Positions 35,206-47,852 of a stretch of 64,000 nucleotides of DNA are shown piece by piece (positions within the stretch are counted from its first letter, which is position 1; the number at the start of each line of letters is the position of its first letter). The stretch is from Fimicolochytrium jonesii (lineage: Eukaryota), in contig NW_026515670.1 of NCBI RefSeq assembly GCF_025526975.1, positions 434,001 through 498,000 of the forward strand, read 5' to 3'. Both the position numbers and the translations under genes were made by a program. Under the pieces are notes generated by a model. It searched no databases. It was not told the origin of the DNA and saw only the letters and a program-made list of their open reading frames with translations.

Positions 35206-36257
35206 ATTATCCGGTCCATTTATCGTGCCAACAAGCTGCACGCGCGTGAAAAAGGATGCCGAAGGTGTGAAGCTCAACAGTAGCCGTTTGAACTTGAATG
35301 AACGTAGTGCGGATGAGGCTGGGATGTAAGCAAGCGGATGATCTCAATAGGCCGCCGTAGGAAGTGTAAATGCTAGAGGTATGAACCCTTTCAGCTGCAG
35401 ATATACTGTCCAGTAAATGCCATTGCACGGTACTGTACAACGCTTGAGTTTGTACCATGCCTCTGAAGGTTAACATCCGACCCTGAATCATAGAGGGTCT
35501 CTGCCTCGAGAGGGGAGTGTTAAAAGCACCCTCGCACTCCCCGGGGGACTCGGAGCTGGTAACATCGGCGGTAACGAAGAGTGCAGTACAACATGCCATG
35601 CCGATTTCAGCTCGCAATGATTTGAAGCGCTGTCGATTCATGGAAACGACCCCAGTACTAGAAAAGAAAAGCGGTTCTGGTTTCTCAATCCCCCATCCGC
35701 AAACTCATGGAAGCCCAGAGCCCAGACCAGCATCCATCCACCAAAGTAATTTAGGAAAACCTCTTCGGGAGAAAAGAGGCTTTTCCTGTACCGAGGACTT
35801 TCAATAAATTGTAGGGGCGCGTGTCGTTCTCAGCCAGAAGTTTTCTCATATTACTGCCTCCCAAATATTTCCCGAAGTCGCAACTATTCAGCGTCAACAA
35901 CACGGCGGGTCCGTCCTTCTCTCTCTTTTCCTTATTCCATCATTCGTCCTCGTGCCGCTGAACCTTGACTATATGCTCACGTTGTATCCCCTCGCTACTT
36001 GGCGGTCTTTCATTTTTTTTCACTTCAGCGGCTGCTTCATTATCTTTTTCTTTCATCTCTTTAATTTCAGCTTGAAGCTGAATACCTCTGACGTCCATCC
36101 GCAGCCGTCTGCTCTTTTTCTTTTCTGGCTAGCAACAGACGCGGGGGATCAGACAGCAAACTCGAGAAGTATTTAAGCTGGCCGATCGAAGTGCCATCCC
36201 CAATCCTATCAACCAGTCTCCTCCTTCCTTTGCAGGTTGCAACACATATTTTTTACG

Positions 36258-37007
36258 ATGCGCGGAATCCTTGTTATCCTCTTCGCCCTCCTGGCCGTCG
36301 CCAGCGCGGCCTCCGTTCCCGGCATCTGCACCGAGTGCTGCAGCAAGCCCCTCAGCGAGCAGCCCCTGGCTTGCTCTCGCATCGCGTGCCCTTGCCCTTC
36401 TTCTGCGCCGACGGTCTCCGCGGCGCCCTCCGACAACACGTTGACCGGCCCGTCCACTTGCGAGAAATGCTGCCTGTGGCCCGCCGAGGACAAGCCCAAG
36501 GTCTGCTCCCGGATCAGATGCCCCTGTCAGTTCTTCACCGCGAAGGCAACACCCTCCGCCGTTCCCACCGAAACCACTTCGACCTCCCCTTCGATTTGCG
36601 AAAAATGCTGCCTGTGGCCTGCCGAGGACAAGCCAAAGATCTGCTCCCGCCTCAGGTGTCCCTGCCAGTTCTTCACCGCGAAGGCAACACCCTCCGCCGT
36701 TCCCACCGAAACCACTTCGACCACCCCTTCGATTTGCGAAAAATGCTGCCTGTGGCCTGCCGAGGACAAGCCAAAGATCTGCTCCCGCCTCAGGTGTCCC
36801 TGCCAGTTCTTCACGGCGAAGGCGACTCCTACCGCTACTCCTACTCCTGCCGTTTACGACGAGACCTGGGGCCCCGCCGTGTGCAAAGACTGCTGCACCA
36901 AGGCTTACCCTTGGGATGCCGGAGTCTGCTGGAGGATCAAGTGCAACTGCCCCGCTGGGTTGCCACCCAAGAAAGCGGCCGCGACAACCGCCGCCGAGCT
37001 CTTCTGA
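36258..37007 (+). CDS. secreted cysteine-rich repeat protein, 249 aa, five 6-Cys modules
   Basis: Signal peptide MRGILVILFALLAVASA; five C-x2-CC-x10-C-x4-C-x-C modules joined by Thr/Pro/Ser linkers. The three central units are near-identical 135-bp DNA repeats. Confidence 0.88.
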   Translation: MRGILVILFALLAVASAASVPGICTECCSKPLSEQPLACSRIACPCPSSAPTVSAAPSDNTLTGPSTCEKCCLWPAEDKPKVCSRIRCPCQFFTAKATPSAVPTETTSTSPSICEKCCLWPAEDKPKICSRLRCPCQFFTAKATPSAVPTETTSTTPSICEKCCLWPAEDKPKICSRLRCPCQFFTAKATPTATPTPAVYDETWGPAVCKDCCTKAYPWDAGVCWRIKCNCPAGLPPKKAAATTAAELF

Positions 37008-37193
37008 TGAGCGCAAGTGCAAGCGACTGTCGAGGGCCCCGTTAACGGTCCGATATCGGCCGCCCATAGACGACGAACTCTTCACACGAGTCAGATACCT
37101 TCCCTTCCCGTCCTAAACTGCTTGTCGCATAACCCTCAATTCCGCATTATAAGCCTATTCATTTTCATTGTACCCTCACGCAACTGCATATCC

Positions 37194-37271
37194 TCATCAT
37201 CATCATCATCATCATCATCATCGTCATCGTCATCGTCATCGTCATCATCATCATCGTCATCATCATCATCA
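37194..37271. repeat. (TCA/TCG)n microsatellite
   Basis: About 26 trinucleotide units. Confidence 0.95.
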
Positions 37272-37720
37272 CATACATTGTCGTTCAATAAAAGCATATT
37301 TCATCTTACAGAATCTCTCCATTTTCGTTCCTCCTTGGTCTTGTTCCACTCTCGGACGTCCTCTCCATCCATTGCGTACTTAAAAGGCGCCACCTCGTCG
37401 GGCGCTCGTTTTGCGTTTGTTCTCCCAAGTTCATTCCACATCCAGAGCGAGGGTGCCGAGGCTGCCGAGCCCCAAATGCAACGCGTGGAAAAAACGCGTG
37501 GGCCGCGTTGTCCGAACCAGTGTCCGAACACACTCGCCGGACATCCCCGTTTCTCACACTTGCGAGACCCGGGAAGTTTTATCGCTTGCAACATTGCAAA
37601 AGGCTTTGCTTGTGTGATGGCCGAAATTTTGGTGTAGGATTTCTACCATCGTCCCCTCGCCAGACCGCCCCGATCATCGCTTCCTTTCGCATTTGTGGGC
37701 AACATAGTCAAGTGTCCGCT

Positions 37721-39933
37721 ATGGACAGAACTCGGGGCTCGCCAACGGCAGGTCAGGGTGATGCGACACTGCGCCAGCAGCTCGAAGAGGCTTTGCGCCA
37801 GTTGAGGGAAAGAGATGAACGTGGGTCCCAGTGCTATCGATTCCCCGACCTTCCGACGACTGACGCATCCAATTTATTACCTCCGGTTTCCGCAGATATC
37901 GAACAAAAGGACAATGGTGAGTGACGAAAACCTCGGGTCATGCAACACCCGGGCTTCCAACGAACAAGCTCTATTCTGGGCAATGAACCAAATGAACCGA
38001 AATACCTTATCTCTCAACAGACCTGGTCATGGCAGCGGAGCTGGGTTCGTCTCTATTGGAGGACAACGAGCGCCTGAAAGCAGATTGCACGCGCTTGGCT
38101 GCCGAATTGGAAGAGCTGGCCGCCGCGCAACGGGGAATGTCGCTGAATCACCACCCACCGCCAACGCCCAGCCAGCACTTTGTAAGGCACCCACATCAAC
38201 AATCAGGAAATTTTACTCCATCACCAACCGGGGTAGCGATCTTGGACGCAAAGAGACGGGCGGAAGAGGCGGAGAGTAGTGCCATCTCTCGAATTGGAGA
38301 GCTGGAGGCGACAATCAGTGAGTTGCAAGCCCAACTGGAGCGGTTACGGCAGGATGTGCGACATTCCCAGGAGGCGGAGCGGGCTGCAGAGCGCAAAGCA
38401 GCACTCGCAGAGACAGAGCTGGCAGTCGCTACCCGTGAGCTCAATGGCGCGTTGACGAAATGTCAGGAGATCGATGAAGATCGCCGAAAGGTCTTGAAGG
38501 AGAAGACAGAGATTATGAAGAAACTGAAAGAAGCCGCTGACCGCGAGAAAGACCTGGAAGAGCTTGCTGAGTTGAGACATCATAATCGCGCTCTGGAAGA
38601 CGCTGTTGTGCAAATCACACAAGCGCGGGCAGAGATGGAAAGCGAGGTTGCTGCAGCGACGCACGAAACAGACGCATTGGCCCGGAAGTGCGAAGAGCTG
38701 GAAGCCATGATTGAGGACTACCGCACGGACAGCGAAAGACATCTCGCTCGAAACGATGAGCTGGTGTGGGAACTAGAGTCGGAGCGCGACCGGCTAAGCA
38801 AACTCGAAGCTCGTCTCGCGATCCTCGAACCAAAGAAGGAAGGCGGCGTGGAGGATGAAGGCGATCGAACACTGTTCAGCGAGGTCGAGGACCGTAGACA
38901 GGCTTTGGAGGACCGGCATGTCAATCTGACGCAGAAACATGCGGGCCTCGTCAAGGCGCACTCGATGACCGTCCATCAGCAGGAGCGCATGCGGAATCAT
39001 ATTTCGCGTCTCACTCAGCTCACGAACGCACGTGAAGGTGAATTGAGAATATCATTGCTGGAAGAAGCATTGGGACAGGCTGAGAGCGAGAAGCAGGAAC
39101 TTCAAGTCAAGATCGCTCTGCTGGAGAAAAGCAGGAGTGATTATGCCGGTCTGGACAATCGAGGCGGCATGATCGGGGCACGAAACGCCCCGCAGGGAAC
39201 ACAGGTTGACAACGAGATCGAGCTCGAATGCCTACGTCTACGCGTGGGACAGCTCGCAGCAGAGCAGGAGGAAACCACTAGGGAGCTGCGGACATTGCGT
39301 TTGCTCAAATCGTACGAAACGGAAAAGCTACGCAGCGCGGAGGCGCTTCTCCGTGAGCGGGAGGAAGAGCTTGTGCGGTTGAAATCCTCCAACTCGCAGA
39401 TCAAATTCGACTTGGACGAGGCAAAGGCGTGGATGAAGCGATTTCGCGCGTTAGGGCCAGACGCGGCTGCGGCTTCGAGACGGGAGTCGACTGGGAGCAG
39501 CGGAGTCGCTGTGACGGAGGAGACGAGAACAGTCCTCGTCCAATCGCAGTCTGGACATCCCAAACCGGTGTCAAGTACGGCCCCAGTCGAAGCGTCGAAC
39601 CCACGCATCACACCATCACAGCTTCCCTCTCGGGTGACCAAGTCGAAAGCGGCTACCAACGAAAATGTGACTCCAGACGCGGGCCATGCCCGAATGGACT
39701 CAAAACCGGCTCCAGACAGCTATGCATCTATTTCCGACATAACCGTTCTCGCCGATTCCACCAACACACCGGCCACTTCCTTAGCAACGGAAGACTCTAA
39801 TAAGCATCGCGCAGCTCAGAAGGCTCGAATAGCTAGCAGAGCATCGAGTGGACAAGGGGAAGCGAGGGGACCTGCTCATGTGTATGCAGGACGAATACAG
39901 ACTAATCCCGCCGGTGAATGTAATCAACAATAA
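37721..39933 (+). CDS. SPDL1: Spindly-like kinetochore dynein adaptor, 3 exons
   Basis: CC1 box DLVMAAELGSSLLEDN, a long coiled coil, Spindly motif GDRTLFSEVED and C-terminal CAAX-like CNQQ. Two short upstream exons splice in frame. Confidence 0.8.
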
Positions 39934-40331
39934 TACATATGATCGCCCGTTGGTGATTTTTACATGTCCAAACGTATCATGATTAACTTCTTTTAGACGG
40001 CCAGAAACCACGATTCGCATGGTGTGCCCTGCCAGAAGAGGATTTCTAAGCTTTTCCGGCAAATCCAAGCCAAAATGACCCGTACGTAAGGAGCACGTAT
40101 GGGCGAGGCTTGCGACGCGGCGGAGGTTCGGAGAGTGGCTGTCCACCGCCATGACAAATCCCACACGACCACAAGCCTCAAGAACGGGGAGTCGTGGACC
40201 CACATCGGTGTATAAGAGCGGTACTCATCGCAGGACCCCACTTCCCTCGCACGCTACTCGTAAGAGAAGAGAACCACTGCTCCGTTTCACTCATCCGTAC
40301 TCATACGTACTCATACTGCATACCGCACATC

Positions 40332-41251
40332 ATGTCTGCTTCGCCCAAGATCACGCTCTACACCTTTGGCACCCCCAACGGGCAAAAGGCCAGCATCGCG
40401 CTTGAGGAGCTGGGAATTGACTACAAGACGGTCGAAGTCGACATCAGGAAGGTGAGGAACTACCCGGGAGTCAATTTCCCGCTGTGACACGACGGTCGTC
40501 GGGGTTGTAGGTGGCTGGAGTGTGAAGATGTTGGTCTACGCCCGTCTGTAAACCACGCCCGACTGTAAACTACGCCCGACTGTAAACCACGGAAGCTCAT
40601 CGCCCCCTCCCACCCCATGACCACTCTCGACGCCCTCAGAACACACAAAAGGAAGAATGGTTCCTGAAGATCAACCCCAACGGCCGCATCCCCGCCATCG
40701 TCGACCACACGCGCGGCGATTTCCCCGTCTTTGAAACGGGCGCGATCCTGCTCTACCTCGCCGAACACCACGACCCGAACCACATCCTCGCACCTACAGA
40801 CGCCAACAAGCGCAGCGAGGCAATTCAGTGGCTCATGTGGCAGATGGTATGTTCCTGAAGCCGTTCTCGCAAGATGCGGAAAAGTCGTAAGCTAACAAGA
40901 ATCTGATAGGGTGGATTGGGTCCAATGCAAGGCCAAGCGAACCACTTCTTCCGCTACGCGCCTGAAAAGATCGAGTACGGAATCAAGCGATACCAGGACG
41001 AGACGAAGCGTCTCTACAGTGTCATGGAGCGCCAGCTGAGCGATGGGAGGGAGTACCTGATTGGGGAGTACTCCTTGGCGGATATCGCTTGCTTTGGTTG
41101 GGTTGCGGCTCATAACTGGGCCGGTGTTGGGCTTGAGGAGTTTCCTTTGCTGGACAAGTGGCTTCACCGCGCTGCTAAGCGTCCTGCCGTGGTTAAGGGC
41201 ATGAATGTGCCTCAGCATAACAGTCTTATTGAGAACGACTTCAAGGTGTAA
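40332..41251 (+). CDS. glutathione S-transferase, Ure2p/Nu-like class, 3 exons
   Basis: [43 protein letters not shown] and YSLADIA. An alternative last exon is possible at 41344-41392. Confidence 0.93.
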
Positions 41252-41883
41252 GTTTCTGGAGGGAGTTTGCAGAGAGCTCGCGCTATCAAGGACATGGGCC
41301 GTGCCGTGAGATAGGATGTAGTTTAGCTCATCTGACTATGCAGGCGAGAAACGCGGGGATCCGGTAGTTCCCAAAGTCGTGCGCGAATGTAAATAGGCTC
41401 AGTGTGATATATTAGCAATATCAAGTCGTCGATGTGAACATGGCTTATCAAAGCGGATAGTTCGACTGCACTGTTGGCTGGCAGGTCAATTTTGGACCCT
41501 CCTCTTGGTCAGAAATCCACGCACTGTGAAATCATATCGAAAGTGTATCATTATAGGTACGCCGACAACGGCTACATAGAAGCGCTCATAAAAACGAGGG
41601 AAGGCAGATTTGCGATGGCTATAGAAATCTAGGAACCTAGTTTGTGCAAATACGCCGGTAACGGGGCGGCGATTGTTTCCGAAGAAGCAAAAGGAGAAAT
41701 AAACAAAAGGGGGTCTGAAACTTTACATGGGGACCCTACAAGAAAAAAGTGGCGGAAGAGGGAGGGGAGAAGGACACAGGAAAGGGGCCAATATGTAGTC
41801 GCAGTCGGGGGGATTGTCTACATCGGGTGACGGTTCGTGCAGGGATATCAAGGTGTTTCAAAATGTTCGTGTGGAGCATGGGC

Positions 41884-43833
41884 TCATCGCGTTACGCCTT
41901 CGGTTGTGGCATCCTCGGTGGCTTCCACAGCGTCGGGTAGGGGCAGTGGCTCTGAACTTGCTTTGCGAATTGGCGGTCGGAATCCGTTGTGGGCGTCGTG
42001 CGCTACAGGGAACATAGAGTGTGAGAAAACACAATCACACATGACCCTGTTCCGTGTAAGAAGAGTCGTCTCACCTTCCACAACTTTTGCGAGATAAGCG
42101 CCAAAGTCCACAGCCCGCTTCATCTCCAATAATCCAGCCTTGTCGATTATCTGCGTGCTGAGGACTTGATATCTCGTCTTTGCCGCCTGGAACCGCCGGC
42201 GAGTCTGGTCCAGCTCCTTTTCTTGGTACTTCTGTGTATCTTCGGATGATTTGGATCTGAACCCGAATGGACGGGAGGAGCTCGACGACATGGATCCGGG
42301 GCTTAGTGTCGCAGCGCGTTGGACGTTCTTCTCCTCGAGATAGCCTAAGCGCGATGCGTAAGAATCGAATTCTTGACGGGCAGTCTTTTGCGTTTTGATG
42401 GTGTCTCGCGAGTCATTGATGGCTTTGCTCTTGAACGTCTTCAAGAAGCCAAGGTAGGAGTCCAGGGAGCTGATCACAGGCACTCGTTCCTTGCTGTTAC
42501 AGAGAAACCCCGATTATTATTCATGTCATACTCCTTCTCCCATCGAAAGTATCAACTCACCATTCAGAGTGATATGCCTCACCGAGGTGAACAAGGTTCT
42601 TGCCAATTTCCTCATCCGACTCCTGGTACCCTTTCTGTTGGTAGAAGAGCGACAGCTCCGCCTCTACCTCGTTCAATTGTTGTAAACAGGCCCGCTGCTT
42701 CTCGACCATCTTCTCCAATTGAGAGAAGTAGCTGTACATCGACTCGATCTCCTTTGCTGCCTCGTCGACTTCGGGTTGAGCAGTGACATGCGCCCACTGA
42801 AAAAAAATGTGAGCATTTTCAAGGGCGGGCCGGCAAAGGCGCCTATTATCCGATATCTACCTGCTTGCCCATTTGTTGACCCAATTTTTCCTTCACACGC
42901 TGCGACAGAATTTTCTGCACTCTGTCCATACCGGAGGGAGTGCTAGTGGCGAGCTTTGTGACTTGGCGAGTGAAGAATTCGCCAACCATATACTACCATC
43001 AGAAATCAGTCAGTAACATGAAAACACCATTCTCGCAGGAGGTAATGCGACATTGGACTACTTACATCTAACCGCTGGTTGAACTGCTTGGATCTCGAGT
43101 TATCGCTAAGAGGCATGCCATCATGGCGGGACGACATTGAGGATGCAGCGAATTGTGGTGGCGCATGCATATTGGTTCCTATCTCGCCAAGGGAAAGAGG
43201 TCGGACGCTCACAATTGGAGTTGGGGTGGCAAACGTCGGCAACTCGGTTGTTTGGAGTTCCGGGGCGGAAGTATCGGTGCGGGTGAGGGTTGCGGGACGG
43301 TTAACGACCATAGCTGGGGTGCTCATCGACCGCTTGAGGTGGGTGCCTCGCTGGGCGGATGACACGCGAGGTTGCAGTCCAGTGGATAGGACTGGAAGTA
43401 CTTCCGGCTCAGACTCTGGGGACGCACTCCGCTCGGAGGTTGCTGTGTATGCCTCCGGTTCTTCGTACACAGTTTCTAAAGGCTTGACATAGGTGGAACC
43501 CAGCGTCGATTCTTCGTCCTCCTCCACTTCACCAGCGTTGGCAGCGGCGAATGCGTGCATAGCCGGCTCGGGAAGTACCCCCGAGTCCCTGCGAATCAAA
43601 CCCAGAGGTTTGTCTTCGGAGTCGCTTTCTCCGTGGATAGCGTCGGTGCTCGCCGCCGTTGCACCTTCGAGAGACGTCCTCAAGCTGCCGTTATCGTCAG
43701 TGTAGACCTGGCCGGATTCGACCTCACTGGAGCCGGAAGTGCGTGCCTGGGGCTCCTCTTGCCCATTGTGTTCCGCAGCGAAGCCTTCACCGCTGCCCTC
43801 GTGTTGCAATGCTACTTCGACGTCACCGGTCAT
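41884..43833 (-). CDS. BAR / arfaptin-homology domain protein, multi-exon
   Basis: Disordered acidic N-terminus followed by helical KAINDSRDTIK...RQEFDSY...FQAAKTRYQVLSTQIIDKAGLLEMKR, which is typical of AH/BAR domains. Confidence 0.6.
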
Positions 43834-44686
43834 TGTGTGCTGGCTGAGCTTCTGAAGGGGATTCGTGTTTGTCGTTCTTCAATTCGAGGGCGAAATTGGT
43901 CCCCTTGACGTTTACTCGAATCTTCGTGATACTTGCTGGCGTCGAATAACGTTTCGGGACAGACGACGAAGGCAGGAAGTTGGCCGGTATTGATGACCCT
44001 TGGTTGCTGCTCTTGCGACGGCGGGTGGTGTGCTATGTGTCTCTTCCCTTTTTCCCCTTTCCCTTTGTCTTGCTTGCGTTTGGTCTGTGACAGGACAGTG
44101 TTTAGTGACGTCCGTGCTCTTTCCTTTCGCTTTCTCTCCGTCCCCTTGCGCAAGAAAGACAAAACCGCATCGCACTGATTCGCACACGCCCACCAACCTC
44201 ATCAGACACGCCGATCTCCGCAACGCATACTCGCATAATCGCTGTCCCACTGCGCCGGACATGGGTGCCGACGCTGCATGTCCGATTCCTATCGTCTCCC
44301 TGATGAGTCCCTGGTGGTGGGTGGGTGGGCCACAACCAGAAACCAATAGTAACGAGCTGCGTCCATGCACCGGGGAACAACTCGGAGATAGATCGAGAGT
44401 GCGCGTAGACGCCGGACGGCCAACCACGTGACAATCCGTTGGGTTGCCCTGTCATCGCTTTCAGGGCTGTCCATCCGAACTCCATGTCCAGAAATAAATG
44501 TCAAACCCTCGACAGCACAGTCCCCACCACCACTCATTAGAGCGGGCACATAGATATTCGGTTAGAGCTGACGGCCTCTGACGTGCGTTCTGCTTCTTTG
44601 GCTGAGCGCTTGAAGAGTAAGATGGAGACTCTTTCTGTCGGGGTGCGTCTGAAGAGCTTTCCATTCCTTCGGCGGTGATCTTCGCA

Positions 44687-47600
44687 ATGGGTTTCGCGGG
44701 TGGGGCCTTCCCGGGCGGCTTCCGCGAGTATATGCAAGTGAAACGAAGGAAGCTGGAAATACAAGGACAGGAGGTTGCCGTGGCAGGTTCCCAATCCAAT
44801 GTCTTGCAAGGGATCGTGATTTACTTCAATGGTAATAGTTGTGAGCGAGTGGTTTTTAGGCTAGTGGAGGGTGGGGCCGTCCCTGGCTCCTTATGTGAGC
44901 CACAGCGGACGATCGCTCTGAATTTTTTTTTCCCTGATCATCTGTGTTTCCTTCGCTGCTCAGGCTATACTGGAACAAGTGAGTTAACGATGATCCAATT
45001 GAAAGAGTTGGTTCTGGTGCATGGCGCTCGCGTGCGGGATAAACTAGAGCCCGATGTCACACATATTGTGGCCACGCAAGTATGAAATATACTGGCTTTC
45101 GCTGAACGATCATGCCAAACCGATAACCAGATGCCTGCCGCAGATGACAGACTCCAAGATAAATCAGCTGAGGAAACCAGTCGTGACGCCAGCATGGCTT
45201 TTGGATTCGATTCAGCAACAAAAGCTGCTCCCATGGATCCAATATCGATTGTACAGTGGTCTCGCTCCAACACAGAAAACACTGGCGGATTATGCGACCA
45301 CTTCAGATCCTCCCCTTGAAAAGCCACCGGCATCTTCCGAGGACGCCAACGAAGAATTGGGCTTACACCTTCAGTTGTCGGACGGGGAAAGCAGTGAAGA
45401 GGAAGCGGCGATACCTGATTGGGCGGAAGGTTATTTTGGGAAAGGGAGGCTACACGTGGACATGAACAGCGAGTGGGTGAAAGCAAACGTCTCGACGGCA
45501 CCAGGCTTTCTGCAAAAGTATTTCAATTCGTCACGGCTGCATCATTTGAGCACCTGGAAGAGCGAACTGCGTGACTTTGTCGCAGATCAAGCGCGGTCAA
45601 AACGAAAGAAGGACCGACCTACCTCAGGGCCACGCACGATAATGCATGTCGACATGGACTGCTTCTTCGCCTCTATATCCATCAGAGACAGACCGGAATT
45701 GCGCAATGTACCTGTCGCCGTCGCTCACTCGCCGGGGACTTCCAACAAATCCACTTCCGAGCTTGCATCGTGCAATTACGCTGCGCGAGAATACGGGATT
45801 CGCAATGGGATGTCGATTGGCCGTGCTCGCGAGCTCTGCAAAGATCTTCGCGTGGTACCTTACGAGTTTGACAAGTACGATGCAGCCTCCAAGGCGCTTT
45901 ATGCCATCTTGATCGACACAGCGGATGAGGTGCAGGCAGTGTCTGTTGATGAGGCATACATAGATGTCTCCTCGTTGATGCCCAAAACCTCGGATGGAAG
46001 CGAGATCAAACTCGCTGAGGATCTGAGAGCGCGCGTACTCGATGCCACCGGATGTCCTGCGAGGTGACGCCTAGACGTTTTCATCCCTCTGCTTCGGCGA
46101 CCTGATGTATGTCCTCCCCACTCCAGCATTGGCATTGGACCCAACATGCTACTTGCCCGGTTAGCGACAAAGAAGGCGAAGCCAAACGGCTCCTTTTTCG
46201 TGCCTCAAGAAGATGTCGCGACGTTCATGAGCGAGCTGCGTATCAGGGACCTCCCAGGTGTTGGCTATGCGTTGAGAACCAAAATGGAAGCTAAGAATAT
46301 CACAACGTGCCGAGAGCTTGCCCAACTGAGCTCGAGCGCACTCCAACGAGACTGCGGAGAGAAGATCGGACAGACACTCTACAATAGTATTCATTATGCG
46401 GCCTTTCGCTTGTCCCTTTACATCTCAACTGATCGAATTGCAATTCCAGACTGCCGCGGAATTGACAATCGGCCTCTCGAAAACAAGCCTCGGCAAAGCG
46501 TCGGTGCAGAGATCAACTGGGGTATGCGCTTCCAGAACTATGAACAGGTTAACAAATTCGTTCGCGAGTTGAGCGAAGAGGTCGTCAAACGCATGCGCGC
46601 AGCGTCCGTCAAGGGCAAGCATCTGACATTGAAGCTCAAGAAGAAGCGATATCAAGGAGAACCGCAGAAGGTTCTCGGCTGCGGCGATTGCGACAATCTC
46701 AGCCGCTCTGTGAAGTTTGCTCAGTTCATCGACGCTGTAGACATCGTCAGCAAAGAAGGGATTCGCATGGTCCATGAGCTCAATGTGGGCGCCGACGAAA
46801 TCCGTGGCCTAGGGCTGCATTTCTCCAGCTTGGAAGCATATGGCGACGCGTACACTAGCACCGACTTGAAAGGTCAGAGACGCCTAGATTTCGGGCCTGC
46901 ACCGGTCGCGGATGCACAGTCGTCTGAGCGACAGGAGTCAACCAAAAAAGGTACACCGGCACCGAAGCGCTCGAACGACCTGCTTGCGCAGTTCGGAATC
47001 AAACCTGGTGAAGTTGACTGGGACGTCTTGATGGAGTTGCCTGAAGATATTCGAGCGGAACTTCTACCATTGCTTGAAGAAAGGGCGAGCGCCGCGACGC
47101 CTACGAAGGCAACCGCACTATACATTGCGCATCAAACACCGCCGAAGAACAACCCGCGGGTGGACAAAGCGAACGTCAATTCATTCCATATGCTTCCAAC
47201 GGCATCGCAAGTAGACCCTGAGGTGATGCGGGCATTACCAGAGTCCATCCGGAAAGAGATGGAAGCAGCCATATCGCGCGCGAATGCATCAGGACGCGCC
47301 GGGCCGATTCAACGCCCGAACGCGAAACGTGGAACAAAAGGTCGCGGGGCAAAGTTTTCACCCACCAAAGGCCAGCTGCGATTCGATCAGATGATACCGG
47401 AAGTCCGTGACAACTCGACAGACCTGGCCATGAAGGCGGACACGGTGCCCGAACCATCGCCGCCTCCTACGTTGGGTGGACTTCAGGATGTGGAAGCAAT
47501 CCGGGAAATGCTGGGAGCCTGGGTGGAGCACTTCCGGAATGGACCCGAACCGGATGATGTCCTGGCGTTGAAGACCTACTTTGAAACGCTTGTGGAAGAT

Positions 47601-47810
47601 CTGGAGCTGGAGAAAGTTGATGCGCTTTTGTCGTGGTTGGGTTCCAAAATCAGGGCCGGAAAGCGCAGTGACAAGGGAAAGGGTAACGGAGCGTGGGCCG
47701 AAGCAAGCGAGGAACTGATGGATTCCGTCAAAAATGCCGTAAAAGCAAGATACGGCTGCGACCTGAAATCCGCAACTGTCGACAAAAACGGTACCCACAA
47801 CTATGTATAA
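44687..47810 (+). CDS. REV1: DNA repair protein REV1 (Y-family deoxycytidyl transferase), multi-exon
   Basis: BRCT (IYFNGYT, THIVAT, VVTPAWLLDS), SRLHHLSTWK, HVDMDCFFAS, SCNYAAR, VSVDEAY, UBM repeats (ELPEDIR, ALPESIR) and a C-terminal domain. The start codon is uncertain. Confidence 0.95.
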
Positions 47811-47852
47811 AGAAGCAAACCCGAAGTGTATGTTACAGATCCAATGGCCAAC

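Noticed and set aside
37017..37637. Poly-Ser and poly-His ORFs
   Set aside because: They arise from the TCA microsatellite.
40538..40590. 3 x 17-bp repeat ACGCCCGACTGTAAAC in GST intron 1
   Set aside because: Real, but an ordinary intronic minisatellite with no sign of function.
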